64,000 nt of DNA from a virus. Location of the stretch: positions 1-64,000 of IMG/VR virus record IMGVR_UViG_3300023179_003528, one strand, 5' to 3'. The position numbers and the translations under genes are program-made. This document shows, one piece after another, positions 9,686-18,849 of the stretch. Within the stretch, counting starts at the first letter, position 1. The number at the start of each line of letters is the position of its first letter. The notes below the pieces were generated by a model, which was not told the origin of the DNA, did not search any database, and saw only the letters and a program-made list of their open reading frames with translations.

Positions 9686-9875
9686 AGACGACTGCTATCT
9701 ATCGCCGGATGACCCCATACATGAACTGCTGATATCACAGTATTTAGGCGGGCTGGGTGCAGAAGAGCGTCTGGCCAAGTATCGTGAAATTCAAATAAAT
9801 AATAAGGTACGCAAAGAGCAGGAACATGGAAAAACTACATCAGGCTTCAAAAGTCGCATTCGCAAGCACCTATAG
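9639..9875 (+). CDS. Hypothetical protein
   Basis: 78 aa ORF bridging neighbouring genes. Confidence 0.6.
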   Translation: MKQYKITSKNVLQKSEDDCYLSPDDPIHELLISQYLGGLGAEERLAKYREIQINNKVRKEQEHGKTTSGFKSRIRKHL

Positions 9876-10269
9876 CTTTTATCTTAAGGCACACAATTTC
9901 CATTGGAATGTTGAAGGCAGCGATTTTTATGAATATCATGAATTGTTTGGTAAAATCTATCAAGAAGTTTATAATAGCATAGATGAATTTGCTGAAAAGA
10001 TTCGCGCATTGCAGACCTATGTGCCTGCCAGTTTATCACGTTTCAATATGTTGAGTAAAATACAAGATGAAACTGACATTCTTGCCAAAGATCAGATGCT
10101 GGCAGAATTGCTCAAAGACAACGAAAAACTAATAGCAATTATAAAATATACCTATGATGCTGCCGAAGCCGTAGGTGAACATGGATTTAGCAACTTTCTT
10201 GCAGAGCGTATGGATGCGCATCGTAAACACAGTTGGATGCTTAGGGCTTCTCTAAAGGACAGCCAATGA
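9826..10269 (+). CDS. dps: Dps / ferritin-like DNA protection protein
   Basis: KAHNFHWNVEG..F...HELF...Y.....DEFAEKIR ferroxidase signature; HSWML; TAAATA at 9796-9801. Confidence 0.93.
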   Translation: MEKLHQASKVAFASTYSFYLKAHNFHWNVEGSDFYEYHELFGKIYQEVYNSIDEFAEKIRALQTYVPASLSRFNMLSKIQDETDILAKDQMLAELLKDNEKLIAIIKYTYDAAEAVGEHGFSNFLAERMDAHRKHSWMLRASLKDSQ

Positions 10270-10637
10270 GAGCCAAGGAATTTCTGTCTGAAAAAAAGCA
10301 GGGAAAATTAAGTTCCCGCCAACAACATGCCACTAGGGGACTACATCTTTTTTCAGACGATGAACGTTGGAATAGTGATTATACACAATTTAGATTGGGC
10401 ATGGCCCTGGCCTGCGCCAATGGTCGGGATCCCATTGATGTTAATTGGAAAAGTTGGGTAGGTAAAGCTAAAAGTGCTCATCCCTATACTGAAGAAGAAG
10501 CAGAAATGCTCAAGCAGGCCTATAAGGTAGTAGGCGCAAATTACACAGATTTAAATCACGGCGATTTAGAAAGTGAAGAAGTAAAAAGCGTTAATACAGT
10601 TAGTCCTGTAGCAAATTGGATGAAAAATAATGAGTAA
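10266..10637 (+). CDS. Hypothetical protein (MRAKEF leader, probable head protein)
   Basis: 123 aa, ATGA overlap with dps. Confidence 0.7.
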   Translation: MRAKEFLSEKKQGKLSSRQQHATRGLHLFSDDERWNSDYTQFRLGMALACANGRDPIDVNWKSWVGKAKSAHPYTEEEAEMLKQAYKVVGANYTDLNHGDLESEEVKSVNTVSPVANWMKNNE

Positions 10638-12642
10638 AGAATTTAAGATTTTAAAGGGTCAAACCCATACACGTTATATTTTAGAATCTGCAACAGGAGG
10701 TGCTACTAGTTCAGCAGCAGTCAGTTCTAGCACTGCGGCAGTTTCAGGTATGCGTAGACGAACAGGTGATAACTTGCTTACTCCAGAAGCAGAACAACAA
10801 AAGGTTCCACAGAAACCACGTCAAGGTCCTCTACGTCCTCAGACCGGTGCCGGCGCACACAAGGACAAAAAGCGTGATCAAAAGCAGGGAAAGCAAAAAC
10901 ATAAGAAGCCTTTTTACGAAGACCACGAAATATCCATGGCCAGCAATGAATTAAAAAGTATATATTCAGATGCTAAGAAATTACTGGTCTTGGTTCAGCA
11001 GTATGGAGAACAAGGCGACCTAGAAGCTTGGCAACAGAGCAAGATTACCAAGGCAGCAGATTATCTTAATTCAGTTCTACAAAGCATAGGTGGTGAACAT
11101 AATGAATTAGATGAACTCAAAATGGACAAGGCCACTAACCAAGACAAAATTAATTTTTTTAAAATGCAGGCCGATCGATTCAAGCAACAGGGATTTGTCA
11201 AAGCAGCAGATCAGGCTCATCAACAATCTAAACAGTATAACAAACCACAAAAGGTAATGGAATTAGACAAGCCAAGTGGTAAACTTTATATTTTAGTAAA
11301 GGCAGACAATACTAATAATGTTAGATTGCTCGGAGCATTTGCTAATAATCCAGAAGAAGTAGAATATATGGCGCAGCGCCAAGGCATCAAAGACAAGTCT
11401 GGCAGTAAGATGAAGGCTTTAAAGATTAACCTACTGTTTACTGATGCGGCTCAAGCACTAGAAGATTTAGAAAATATTTTTAGAGATATCGACTTTGTAG
11501 GAGCGGAGGCAGCTGAGTTTGTTTTTAAGAATAATGTTTATGCTAAAAACAACAAAGAGTTAGATCCTGTAGTAGCAGATGAAATCCGCGAATTTCATAG
11601 TTATATAGATTCTGGTGACAATCCTAAAATGAAGATGTATCAATCTGTAGATGCGGGAACAGAACCAGAAGGCAAACCAAAAGGTGTAGATCATTTTGTA
11701 ATAGGACCGGATGGCAAACGTCGTCGTGTGGCTATGCCTGGCAAACCTAGTGCTCAAATGGGCGGACATGCTGTTGAACAACCTAAAACATTTACCTATA
11801 CACTTCAACGCACAGATTTAATGCCTAAGCTACGTTCTATGGGATTTAAATTCGACGGAAATAAGATTATTCTAAGCAAACAACAACGTGACCAACTTGT
11901 GGCTAAGTTAGGTGATCAATTTCAAAGTATATTTGGCCAAGGCGGCAAGTTTGGTGAGGGAATCAAAGGCGGACTTGTAGGTGGTGCAATTGGAGCTGCC
12001 CTAACTAAAAATGTTCGTGGTGCCATGACTGGATATCAACTCGGTAGCAAATTCCAAGATGCCTTGTCAAAGGAGGTCGAGGAAAGTGGTCTTCAATACT
12101 ATACAGGTGTTAAGAAACACGGCGAAAAGTATATGAAGATGGCTGCGGCAGCAGGGCGTAGAGGTGCCAGCCAGGCCGAAATAGGCAAACTCAAAGACAA
12201 ATACAGTAAGGCCTATAAAGAAGAAGATATAGAAGAAGACCAAAAGAAAGGCTTATACTACAACGTAAACAAACGTAAAAAGGCAGGCACAAGTAGAAAG
12301 AAGAATCATCCAGATGCACCTTCTGAACAAGATTGGAAAAATGCCGCAAAGACCGCTAAGAATGAAGACAAAATTAAAGGTGTGGATGGTAAGGCCTGTT
12401 GGAAAGGCAAGCGTTATGCTGGTAAAGTTAAGAAGGCAGACGGCACCTATAAAGACAAATGTGTGCCAGTAGGTGAAGATTCCTATATTGAAAGTCTAAT
12501 GAATCAATTATACGAAAAGGCTCCCCAAGGTTGGGAAGGCACTGTTAAGGCAATGAAAAAGCACAAGGAAATAGATAATCCATATGCACTAACGAATTGG
12601 ATGAAGAATAAAGGTTATAAAAGTCATAAAGCAAAAAAGTAA
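10630..12642 (+). CDS. Modular, Lys-rich putative internal head (poly)protein
   Basis: 670 aa of short modules separated by hydrophobic-x-Glu sites; ends GCA AAA AAG TAA. Confidence 0.75.
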   Translation: MSKEFKILKGQTHTRYILESATGGATSSAAVSSSTAAVSGMRRRTGDNLLTPEAEQQKVPQKPRQGPLRPQTGAGAHKDKKRDQKQGKQKHKKPFYEDHEISMASNELKSIYSDAKKLLVLVQQYGEQGDLEAWQQSKITKAADYLNSVLQSIGGEHNELDELKMDKATNQDKINFFKMQADRFKQQGFVKAADQAHQQSKQYNKPQKVMELDKPSGKLYILVKADNTNNVRLLGAFANNPEEVEYMAQRQGIKDKSGSKMKALKINLLFTDAAQALEDLENIFRDIDFVGAEAAEFVFKNNVYAKNNKELDPVVADEIREFHSYIDSGDNPKMKMYQSVDAGTEPEGKPKGVDHFVIGPDGKRRRVAMPGKPSAQMGGHAVEQPKTFTYTLQRTDLMPKLRSMGFKFDGNKIILSKQQRDQLVAKLGDQFQSIFGQGGKFGEGIKGGLVGGAIGAALTKNVRGAMTGYQLGSKFQDALSKEVEESGLQYYTGVKKHGEKYMKMAAAAGRRGASQAEIGKLKDKYSKAYKEEDIEEDQKKGLYYNVNKRKKAGTSRKKNHPDAPSEQDWKNAAKTAKNEDKIKGVDGKACWKGKRYAGKVKKADGTYKDKCVPVGEDSYIESLMNQLYEKAPQGWEGTVKAMKKHKEIDNPYALTNWMKNKGYKSHKAKK

Positions 12643-12698
12643 GTGAGCAGGAGCCTCTAGCGCCAATTGATCCTACGGATAATACTCAGGCTCCTGCT
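12633..12698 (+). promoter_or_regulatory. Programmed -1 ribosomal frameshift signal (slippery heptamer + stem-loop)
   Basis: A AAA AAG at 12633-12639 in frame; AGCAGGAGCCT (12646-12656) pairs perfectly with AGGCTCCTGCT (12688-12698). Confidence 0.75.
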
Positions 12699-12881
12699 AG
12701 TAATAAAATAGTTAGGTTACCAAAACTCCGTCCGGACATGCCTCTTGACTATTGGGATGCTAGATTCCAACAGGCAGATCCAAATCGCTACCATCAATTT
12801 AAGAATAAAACACCAGAAAAGAAAAGTCAAATGGCTGTAGCTGCTCTAAAACAGGCTAGAGAGAAGCCAAGAAAAGTTTGA
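12639..12881 (+). CDS. -1 frame extension (80 aa) of the 10630 protein
   Basis: Open -1 frame VSEQEPLAPIDP...KLRPDMPLDYWDARFQQADPNRYHQFKNKTPEKKSQMAVAALKQAREKPRKV* fills an otherwise empty gap. Confidence 0.7.
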   Translation, partial: VSEQEPLAPIDPTDNTQAPASNKIVRLPKLRPDMPLDYWDARFQQADPNRYHQFKNKTPEKKSQMAVAALKQAREKPRKV

Positions 12882-12906
12882 CATTATTAATTTAAGATTG
12901 TATCAT
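12878..12906 (+). promoter_or_regulatory. Sigma70-type promoter
   Basis: TTGACA, 17 nt, TATCAT; AAGGAG SD follows. Confidence 0.8.
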
Positions 12907-12925
12907 ATAACACAAGGAGATATAA

Positions 12926-13201
12926 ATGAGTAAAGCATTTGGCGCCCCTGAACAGGCTAAAATTAAACAGATTGTAGCCGAAGGTGTTACAGTAATGCAG
13001 GAAATTCAAGACCTAACTGAGGGTTTAAATGACACAATTAAAGCAGTAGCTGAAGAACTAGAAGTAAAACCTAGTGTAATTAAACGAGCAATTAGAATTG
13101 CACTAAAAGATCAATGGAACCAAGTTTACAAAGAATTTGATGATTTAGAAACCATTGTTAATATCAGTGGTCACGCAAATATGCGTGACGATGAAGAATA
13201 A
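12926..13201 (+). CDS. Small helical DNA-binding protein (T4 DsbA / GapR-like)
   Basis: 91 aa; EIQDLTEGLNDTIKAVAEELEVKPSVIKRAIRIA pattern; strong SD. Confidence 0.55.
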   Translation: MSKAFGAPEQAKIKQIVAEGVTVMQEIQDLTEGLNDTIKAVAEELEVKPSVIKRAIRIALKDQWNQVYKEFDDLETIVNISGHANMRDDEE

Positions 13202-13219
13202 TAATAAATATTTTTGGGT

Positions 13220-13272
13220 AAGGTTCAGCAAGCCACAAATTGCTATTCGAAGGTCAGTGAGCCATAAATCAC
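13220..13272 (+). promoter_or_regulatory. Tandem structured leader motifs upstream of DNA polymerase
   Basis: Two copies of AAGGT(T)C-stem-GCCAYAAA-stem; second abuts the AAGGAG SD. Confidence 0.6.
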
Positions 13273-13284
13273 AAGGAGAAGAAT

Positions 13285-15954
13285 ATGAGCTACGTAGATG
13301 CCATCTGGGATCGAGAACAAGACACCGTTCGTGTGGTTGAACGCGATAATAAAAAAGGTCGTTTATTTCAAGATTACCCTGCCAAATATATTTTCTACTA
13401 CCCTGATCCAAAAGGCAAATATAAGTCTATTTTCGGAGAAAGCCTTAGTAGAGTCTTATCAAGAAATTTTAAAGAATTTGTAAAAGAACAAAAAATTCAT
13501 AGTAATCATAAACTTTATGAAAGTGATATGAATCCTGTATTCCGTTGTCTAGAGGAAAACTATCTAGGCAAGGATGCACCAAAACTAAACGTAGCATTTT
13601 TCGATATCGAAGTGGGGTTTGACCCAGATCGTGGATATGCGTCGCCAGATGATGCATTTATGCCTATCACTGCTATAGCAGTTCATCTACAATGGTTAGA
13701 CACATTAGTATGTCTCAGTGTGCCACCTAAAACACTTACTTTAGAACAGGCACAGGAGCAGGTAAAGGATTTTCCTAACACACTATTATTCGAATCAGAA
13801 TATGAAATGTTGGACACATTTCTTACCTTAATTGAAGATGCAGATGTATTGAGCGGATGGAACTCAGAAGGATATGATATTCCATATACGGTTAATCGTG
13901 TGACAAAGGTATTAAGCAAAGAAGATACTCGGAGATTTTGTCTATGGGATCAGTATCCAAAAAAACGTGAATATGAAAAATATGGTAAAACTGCCCTTAC
14001 TTACGATCTTGTTGGTCGTGTCCATGTTGATAGTTTGGAGTTGTACAGAAAGTATACATATGAGGAACGACATTCCTATAGATTGGACGCAATCGGCGAG
14101 ATGGAAATCGGAGAAACCAAAACTGTATATGAAGGAACTTTAGATCAACTTTATAATAATGATTATCGTAAGTTTATTGAATATAACAGGCAAGATTGTG
14201 CCTTGTTAAACAAATTAGATCGCAAACTTAAATTTTTAGATTTAGCCAATACAATTGCACATGAAAATACTGTTTTACTACAGACCACAATGGGCGCGGT
14301 TGCTGTAACAGAACAAGCAATTGTAAATGAAGCGCACCATCGAGGCATGATTGTTCCAAGTCGTCCTCGTAGAGATGAATCTAGAGACAATCAAGCAGCA
14401 GGTGCTTATGTAGCATATCCTAAAAAAGGACTACATGATTGGATTGGATCAATGGACATTAATTCACTGTATCCATCGGTAATTCGTGCTCTTAATATGG
14501 GTCCTGAAACTATTGTAGGACAATTGCGTCAAGACTACACACAGGCCTATATTGAAGGCGAAATGGCCAAAGGTAAAAGTTTTGCGGCAGCATGGGAAGG
14601 ACGTTTTGGATCTCTCGAATATGAATTCGTAATGAACAAGGATCGTGCTAACGACATTACCATAGACTGGGAGAATGGTGAAACTTCAATAATGAGCGGG
14701 GCTCAAATCTATGAACTTATTTTCGACAGTAGTAAACCTTGGATGTTATCTGCCAATGGCACAATCTTTACACACGAACACGAAGGCATCATTCCCGGAT
14801 TACTTAAACGCTGGTATGCGGAACGTAAGGAAATGCAGGCTAAACTTAAAGAAGCTGTCAAGGCAGAAAACAAAATTGAGGAAGAGTATTGGGATAAACG
14901 GCAATTGGTTAAGAAAATTAATCTTAATTCCTTATATGGTGCTATTCTTAATGCTGGTTGTAGGTTTTTCGACAATCGTATCGGTCAATCTACCACACTT
15001 ACAGGACGCCAGATTGCCAAACATATGGCTAGTAAAATTAATGAAGTCGTCACTGGAGAATACGACCACGTTGGAAAAGCAATCATATACGGAGATACAG
15101 ACAGTGCCTATTTCTCAGCCTACAGTAGTCTCAAAAACGAAATCCAAAAAGGTCAAATTCCGTGGGACAAAGAAACAGTTGTAAAACTTTATGACAATGT
15201 AGCAGAAGAAGTTAATTCAACATTCCCACAATTCATGCTAGAAGCATTTCATTGTCCCAAGAGCAGAGGAGAAGTTATTAAAGCAGGTCGTGAAATTGTA
15301 GCTGCAAAAGGATTGTTCATAACTAAAAAGCGTTATGCTGTATTGTATTATGACAAAGAAGGCAAACGGTTAGACATCGAAGGTAAGCCTGGAAAAATCA
15401 AAGCCATGGGGTTAGATTTGAAACGCAGCGATACTCCAGAATTCATGCAGGACTTTCTCAGTGAAGTTCTAGAACGTGTGCTAAATGGTGCAAAAGAAAA
15501 AGAGATTCTAGAACGTATACAAGAATTTCGAACAGAATTCAAAGCACGACCTGGATGGGAGAAGGGTTCGCCAAAACGTGCTAACAATATTACAGAGTAT
15601 CAAGAAAAAGAAGCCAAAGCAGGTAAGGCTAACATGCCTGGACATGTCCGCGCCAGTATTAATTGGAATACTCTCAAGCGTATGCACGGAGACAAATACA
15701 GTATGCAGATTGTAGATGGTATGAAGGTCATAGTATGCAAACTTAAATCAAATCCTTTGGAATATGCTTCAGTGGCCTATCCTGTAGATGAACTTAGGTT
15801 ACCCAAATGGTTTCAAGATTTACCATTCGATCATGCAGAAATGGAAACAGTTATTATTAATAACAAACTGGAAAACCTAATCGGTGTTTTGGAATGGGAT
15901 TTAGAATCTACCACAGATACTAATACATTTAATAGCCTGTTCAGTTTTGAATAA
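13285..15954 (+). CDS. polB: Family B DNA polymerase (gp43-like)
   Basis: ExoI FDIE, ExoII GWNSEGYD, ExoIII YNRQD; motifs DINSLYPS, KINLNSLYG, YGDTDS; no intein seen. Confidence 0.97.
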   Translation: MSYVDAIWDREQDTVRVVERDNKKGRLFQDYPAKYIFYYPDPKGKYKSIFGESLSRVLSRNFKEFVKEQKIHSNHKLYESDMNPVFRCLEENYLGKDAPKLNVAFFDIEVGFDPDRGYASPDDAFMPITAIAVHLQWLDTLVCLSVPPKTLTLEQAQEQVKDFPNTLLFESEYEMLDTFLTLIEDADVLSGWNSEGYDIPYTVNRVTKVLSKEDTRRFCLWDQYPKKREYEKYGKTALTYDLVGRVHVDSLELYRKYTYEERHSYRLDAIGEMEIGETKTVYEGTLDQLYNNDYRKFIEYNRQDCALLNKLDRKLKFLDLANTIAHENTVLLQTTMGAVAVTEQAIVNEAHHRGMIVPSRPRRDESRDNQAAGAYVAYPKKGLHDWIGSMDINSLYPSVIRALNMGPETIVGQLRQDYTQAYIEGEMAKGKSFAAAWEGRFGSLEYEFVMNKDRANDITIDWENGETSIMSGAQIYELIFDSSKPWMLSANGTIFTHEHEGIIPGLLKRWYAERKEMQAKLKEAVKAENKIEEEYWDKRQLVKKINLNSLYGAILNAGCRFFDNRIGQSTTLTGRQIAKHMASKINEVVTGEYDHVGKAIIYGDTDSAYFSAYSSLKNEIQKGQIPWDKETVVKLYDNVAEEVNSTFPQFMLEAFHCPKSRGEVIKAGREIVAAKGLFITKKRYAVLYYDKEGKRLDIEGKPGKIKAMGLDLKRSDTPEFMQDFLSEVLERVLNGAKEKEILERIQEFRTEFKARPGWEKGSPKRANNITEYQEKEAKAGKANMPGHVRASINWNTLKRMHGDKYSMQIVDGMKVIVCKLKSNPLEYASVAYPVDELRLPKWFQDLPFDHAEMETVIINNKLENLIGVLEWDLESTTDTNTFNSLFSFE

Positions 15955-15962
15955 TTATGCTA

Positions 15963-15991
15963 TTGACATTACAACATTTTCTAAATATAAT
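15963..15991 (+). promoter_or_regulatory. Consensus sigma70 promoter with embedded TAAATA
   Basis: TTGACA, 17 nt, TATAAT; TAAATA at 15982-15987. Confidence 0.85.
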
Positions 15992-16008
15992 TTAACAAAG
16001 GAAAAATC

Positions 16009-16743
16009 ATGAAAGACATTTTACAAGACATCGTTGGACATACAAATAAATTAGGGTTCCTTAATATTGTCAAGGTTACAGGAACTAAAGACAAGACACA
16101 AATCGACTCGATGGCAGAAGATAGATCTGTAATCATGCATGCCGAAACTGCTGACCCGTATCCAGATATGATTGGTACATTTGGTATGCCTCAACTTGAA
16201 AAACTACGCTATCTATTAGATGGTAAGGAATATCAAGAAGATGCTAAAATTGAATTAACCACAGCGGTTCGTAATAATGAAACTATTCCTATTGGACTTC
16301 ATTTTGAAAACAAAGATGGCGACTTTAAGAATGACTACAGGTTTATGAACCAAGATCTTATCAACGAAAAACTTAAAACAGTTAAATTTCGTGGAGTTAA
16401 ATGGGATGTAGAAGTTGAGCCAAGCATTGCTTCTATACAAAGATTTCAATTTCAAGCAGGTGCTAACACAGAACATACTATATTTTTAGCCAAGACAGAA
16501 GATAAAAAACTGGTATTTACTTTCGGTGATGCTTCCACACACGGTGGAGAATTTGTATTTGCCACAGATGTTGTAGGCAAGTTAAACAAGGGATGGACTT
16601 GGCCTGTATCTCCAATTCTCAGTATTCTTAAGATAGCAGATACAAATAATACAAAAATGAGTTTTAGTAATGAAGGTGCCATGCAGATTACACTAGATAG
16701 CGGACTGGCTACCTACCAATATATTGTTCCAGCCCAGGCATAA
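16009..16743 (+). CDS. Putative sliding clamp (gp45/PCNA-like)
   Basis: 244 aa next to polB; two-domain size; C-terminal GAMQITLDSGLATYQYIVPA resembles clamp terminal strands. Confidence 0.55.
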   Translation: MKDILQDIVGHTNKLGFLNIVKVTGTKDKTQIDSMAEDRSVIMHAETADPYPDMIGTFGMPQLEKLRYLLDGKEYQEDAKIELTTAVRNNETIPIGLHFENKDGDFKNDYRFMNQDLINEKLKTVKFRGVKWDVEVEPSIASIQRFQFQAGANTEHTIFLAKTEDKKLVFTFGDASTHGGEFVFATDVVGKLNKGWTWPVSPILSILKIADTNNTKMSFSNEGAMQITLDSGLATYQYIVPAQA

Positions 16744-16758
16744 TGATATTGAGTTGAA

Positions 16759-18312
16759 ATGAAAAAACCACCAATTAATCTAACACCGTTACAAAAAGAC
16801 TATGCGGTTTTTCTTCCCGCAATCTCGTCGTTCTACAGTACCTATGTGGCAAAACAACGACTAGAAGAATTTGTTCCAACAGATCGAATTCCTAAAGATT
16901 TCGACCGTGGCATTGAGGGTATGAACTTTCTCAATCCCGAGGAAGGCTATTTTACCTATAAATATGCGCTATATTCAGCAGGTCATGCTCAATTAGATCT
17001 GCAAAAAAGTCTTGTTCAAGAATCTATGATCCAACAGAGGGATCGCAATGCCACAATGATTTTAGGTGATTCGGGAGGATATCAAATTGGTAAAGGTGTT
17101 CTAAAATTTGATTGGTTAAATTTTGAAGGTGCAAAAGCCAACGCTGTTAGACAGCAAATTCTAGAATGGTTAGAACTAACTGCAGACTGGTCCATGTTTT
17201 TAGATGTGCCAACTTGGGCCTGTGATCATATTCATAGCCCAAAAACAGGACTTAAAACTTTTCAAGATTGTTTAGATAAAACTCGTTTTAATAATGAATA
17301 TTTTTTAAAGAATAGGCTGGGACAAACAAAATGGCTTAATGTTCTGCAAGGTAGCGATTGGGATAGCGCAGAAGAATGGTATGATGGTGTTAAAGAGTTT
17401 TCAGATCCTACTGTATGGGAAGATCGAGCCGCAGAAGGGTGGGCCTTTGGAGGTGCCAATATGTGTAAAATGGACATCACCCTTAAAAGATTAATCACTA
17501 TGCGTGAGGATGGATTACTTACCAATAAAAATTGGATTCACTTCTTGGGCACCGCTCAATTAGATTGGAGCTGTTATCTTACCAGTATCCAAAGGCAAAT
17601 TAGGAAACATATCAATGAAGAAATTACCATATCTTTTGACTGCGCCTCACCGTTTATCGCAACAGCGCATGGACTCGTCTACACCAATGCCCAGCACACT
17701 CAAAAACGTTGGAGCGTTATTATGGACAAAGCCCCAGACCTCAAAACTCTTGCAGGAAGCGATATCCCATTCCCATTTGAATCAGAACTAGGACGCAGAA
17801 TGACCATGGGAGATATTTGCCATTATGCTCCTGGTATGCTAAACAAAATTGGTAAGGAAGGTAAAACTTCTTGGGATAGTTTTTCATATGCTCTAATGAT
17901 GGGTCATAATGTCTATTGCCATATTGTTGCTGTACAACGTGCTCAACAGTTGATGGACATTGAAGTTGCTAAAACTAAAGGAAAAATTCGCTGGCGTCAT
18001 TGGAAAAAAGTCAAAGCAGATGATAAGAGTGACGAATATTCAGAATGGGTTCCACGTAATATCTTATATTTTAACAATTTTGTAGAAGATCTATTCAATA
18101 CCAAAACTAAACAAGAAGCATTCAATATTATGGATGAGGCGGGTCCTTTTCTAAGATCGTTGGAAGGAGCAAGGCTGCGAGGAGGTCCTGCTCAAAATAC
18201 TTTTAATAGACATTTTGATGTAGAAGAAATCACCAAAGCAGTAGAAATAGATTTGGAAAATCCCGAAGATGAAGAACTTAGGAAATTGGAAGATAGTCTT
18301 CTTGACAGTTAA
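16759..18312 (+). CDS. dpdA: DpdA-type (TGT-fold) DNA guanine transglycosylase
   Basis: GDSGGYQ, LDVP, LNVLQG, GWAFGG, IHFLG and SFDCASP motifs of the TGT barrel; adjacent to Que-pathway genes. Confidence 0.8.
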   Translation: MKKPPINLTPLQKDYAVFLPAISSFYSTYVAKQRLEEFVPTDRIPKDFDRGIEGMNFLNPEEGYFTYKYALYSAGHAQLDLQKSLVQESMIQQRDRNATMILGDSGGYQIGKGVLKFDWLNFEGAKANAVRQQILEWLELTADWSMFLDVPTWACDHIHSPKTGLKTFQDCLDKTRFNNEYFLKNRLGQTKWLNVLQGSDWDSAEEWYDGVKEFSDPTVWEDRAAEGWAFGGANMCKMDITLKRLITMREDGLLTNKNWIHFLGTAQLDWSCYLTSIQRQIRKHINEEITISFDCASPFIATAHGLVYTNAQHTQKRWSVIMDKAPDLKTLAGSDIPFPFESELGRRMTMGDICHYAPGMLNKIGKEGKTSWDSFSYALMMGHNVYCHIVAVQRAQQLMDIEVAKTKGKIRWRHWKKVKADDKSDEYSEWVPRNILYFNNFVEDLFNTKTKQEAFNIMDEAGPFLRSLEGARLRGGPAQNTFNRHFDVEEITKAVEIDLENPEDEELRKLEDSLLDS

Positions 18313-18330
18313 TTAAAATTATATTAAACT
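18302..18330 (+). promoter_or_regulatory. Sigma70-type promoter
   Basis: TTGACA, 17 nt, TAAACT; ATG only 6 nt downstream. Confidence 0.7.
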
Positions 18331-18336
18331 TAAATC

Positions 18337-18849
18337 ATGCAAAGAATTTATCAAAATAACAGCGACAATTTACCAGATCTCTTTATAGGTAAAGAAATTG
18401 AGCATACTCCTGCTTATGGTAAAGCAACACTATTTGTAGTAGGAATACAGGTTATTGAAGATATTTCAGAAAATCTTTTAGGTATAGAACATATTTTCTT
18501 CGGAGCTAACCATAGCTTTAACCCAAAAACATCAACTGAATGGAAACTTTGGGAAGAAATGATTTCTTATTTTTTAGATAAAAATTATCTCTGTTCATTA
18601 GATATCCCTATATCGGTTGTCGAAGAATTCCACGAGGGAGGACTCGGTGAATATGATAATTTTATTCCACAGATACGGGTTCCAATTCCCTATATTAGAT
18701 TGTGGAATTATAATACTATGTTAAAAATAGATGACATAGGATTTGATAGGACTAATCCAGGTGTATGGTCACACAGTCTACATACATTATTGGATCGTAA
18801 TAAATTCACAGACTGGTCTAAATATAAAGAGGATAAAATTATCAAATGA
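18337..18849 (+). CDS. Hypothetical protein in deazaguanine locus
   Basis: 170 aa; EHTPAYG..TLFVVG, HIFFGANHSF, KIDD..F..TNPGVW motifs. Confidence 0.75.
   Translation: MQRIYQNNSDNLPDLFIGKEIEHTPAYGKATLFVVGIQVIEDISENLLGIEHIFFGANHSFNPKTSTEWKLWEEMISYFLDKNYLCSLDIPISVVEEFHEGGLGEYDNFIPQIRVPIPYIRLWNYNTMLKIDDIGFDRTNPGVWSHSLHTLLDRNKFTDWSKYKEDKIIK

Noticed and set aside
13220-13272. preQ1-I riboswitch identity for the polB leader motifs
   Set aside because: GGTTC and an A-rich segment are reminiscent, but the 5-bp P1 and long A tail are missing; kept only as an unassigned structured motif
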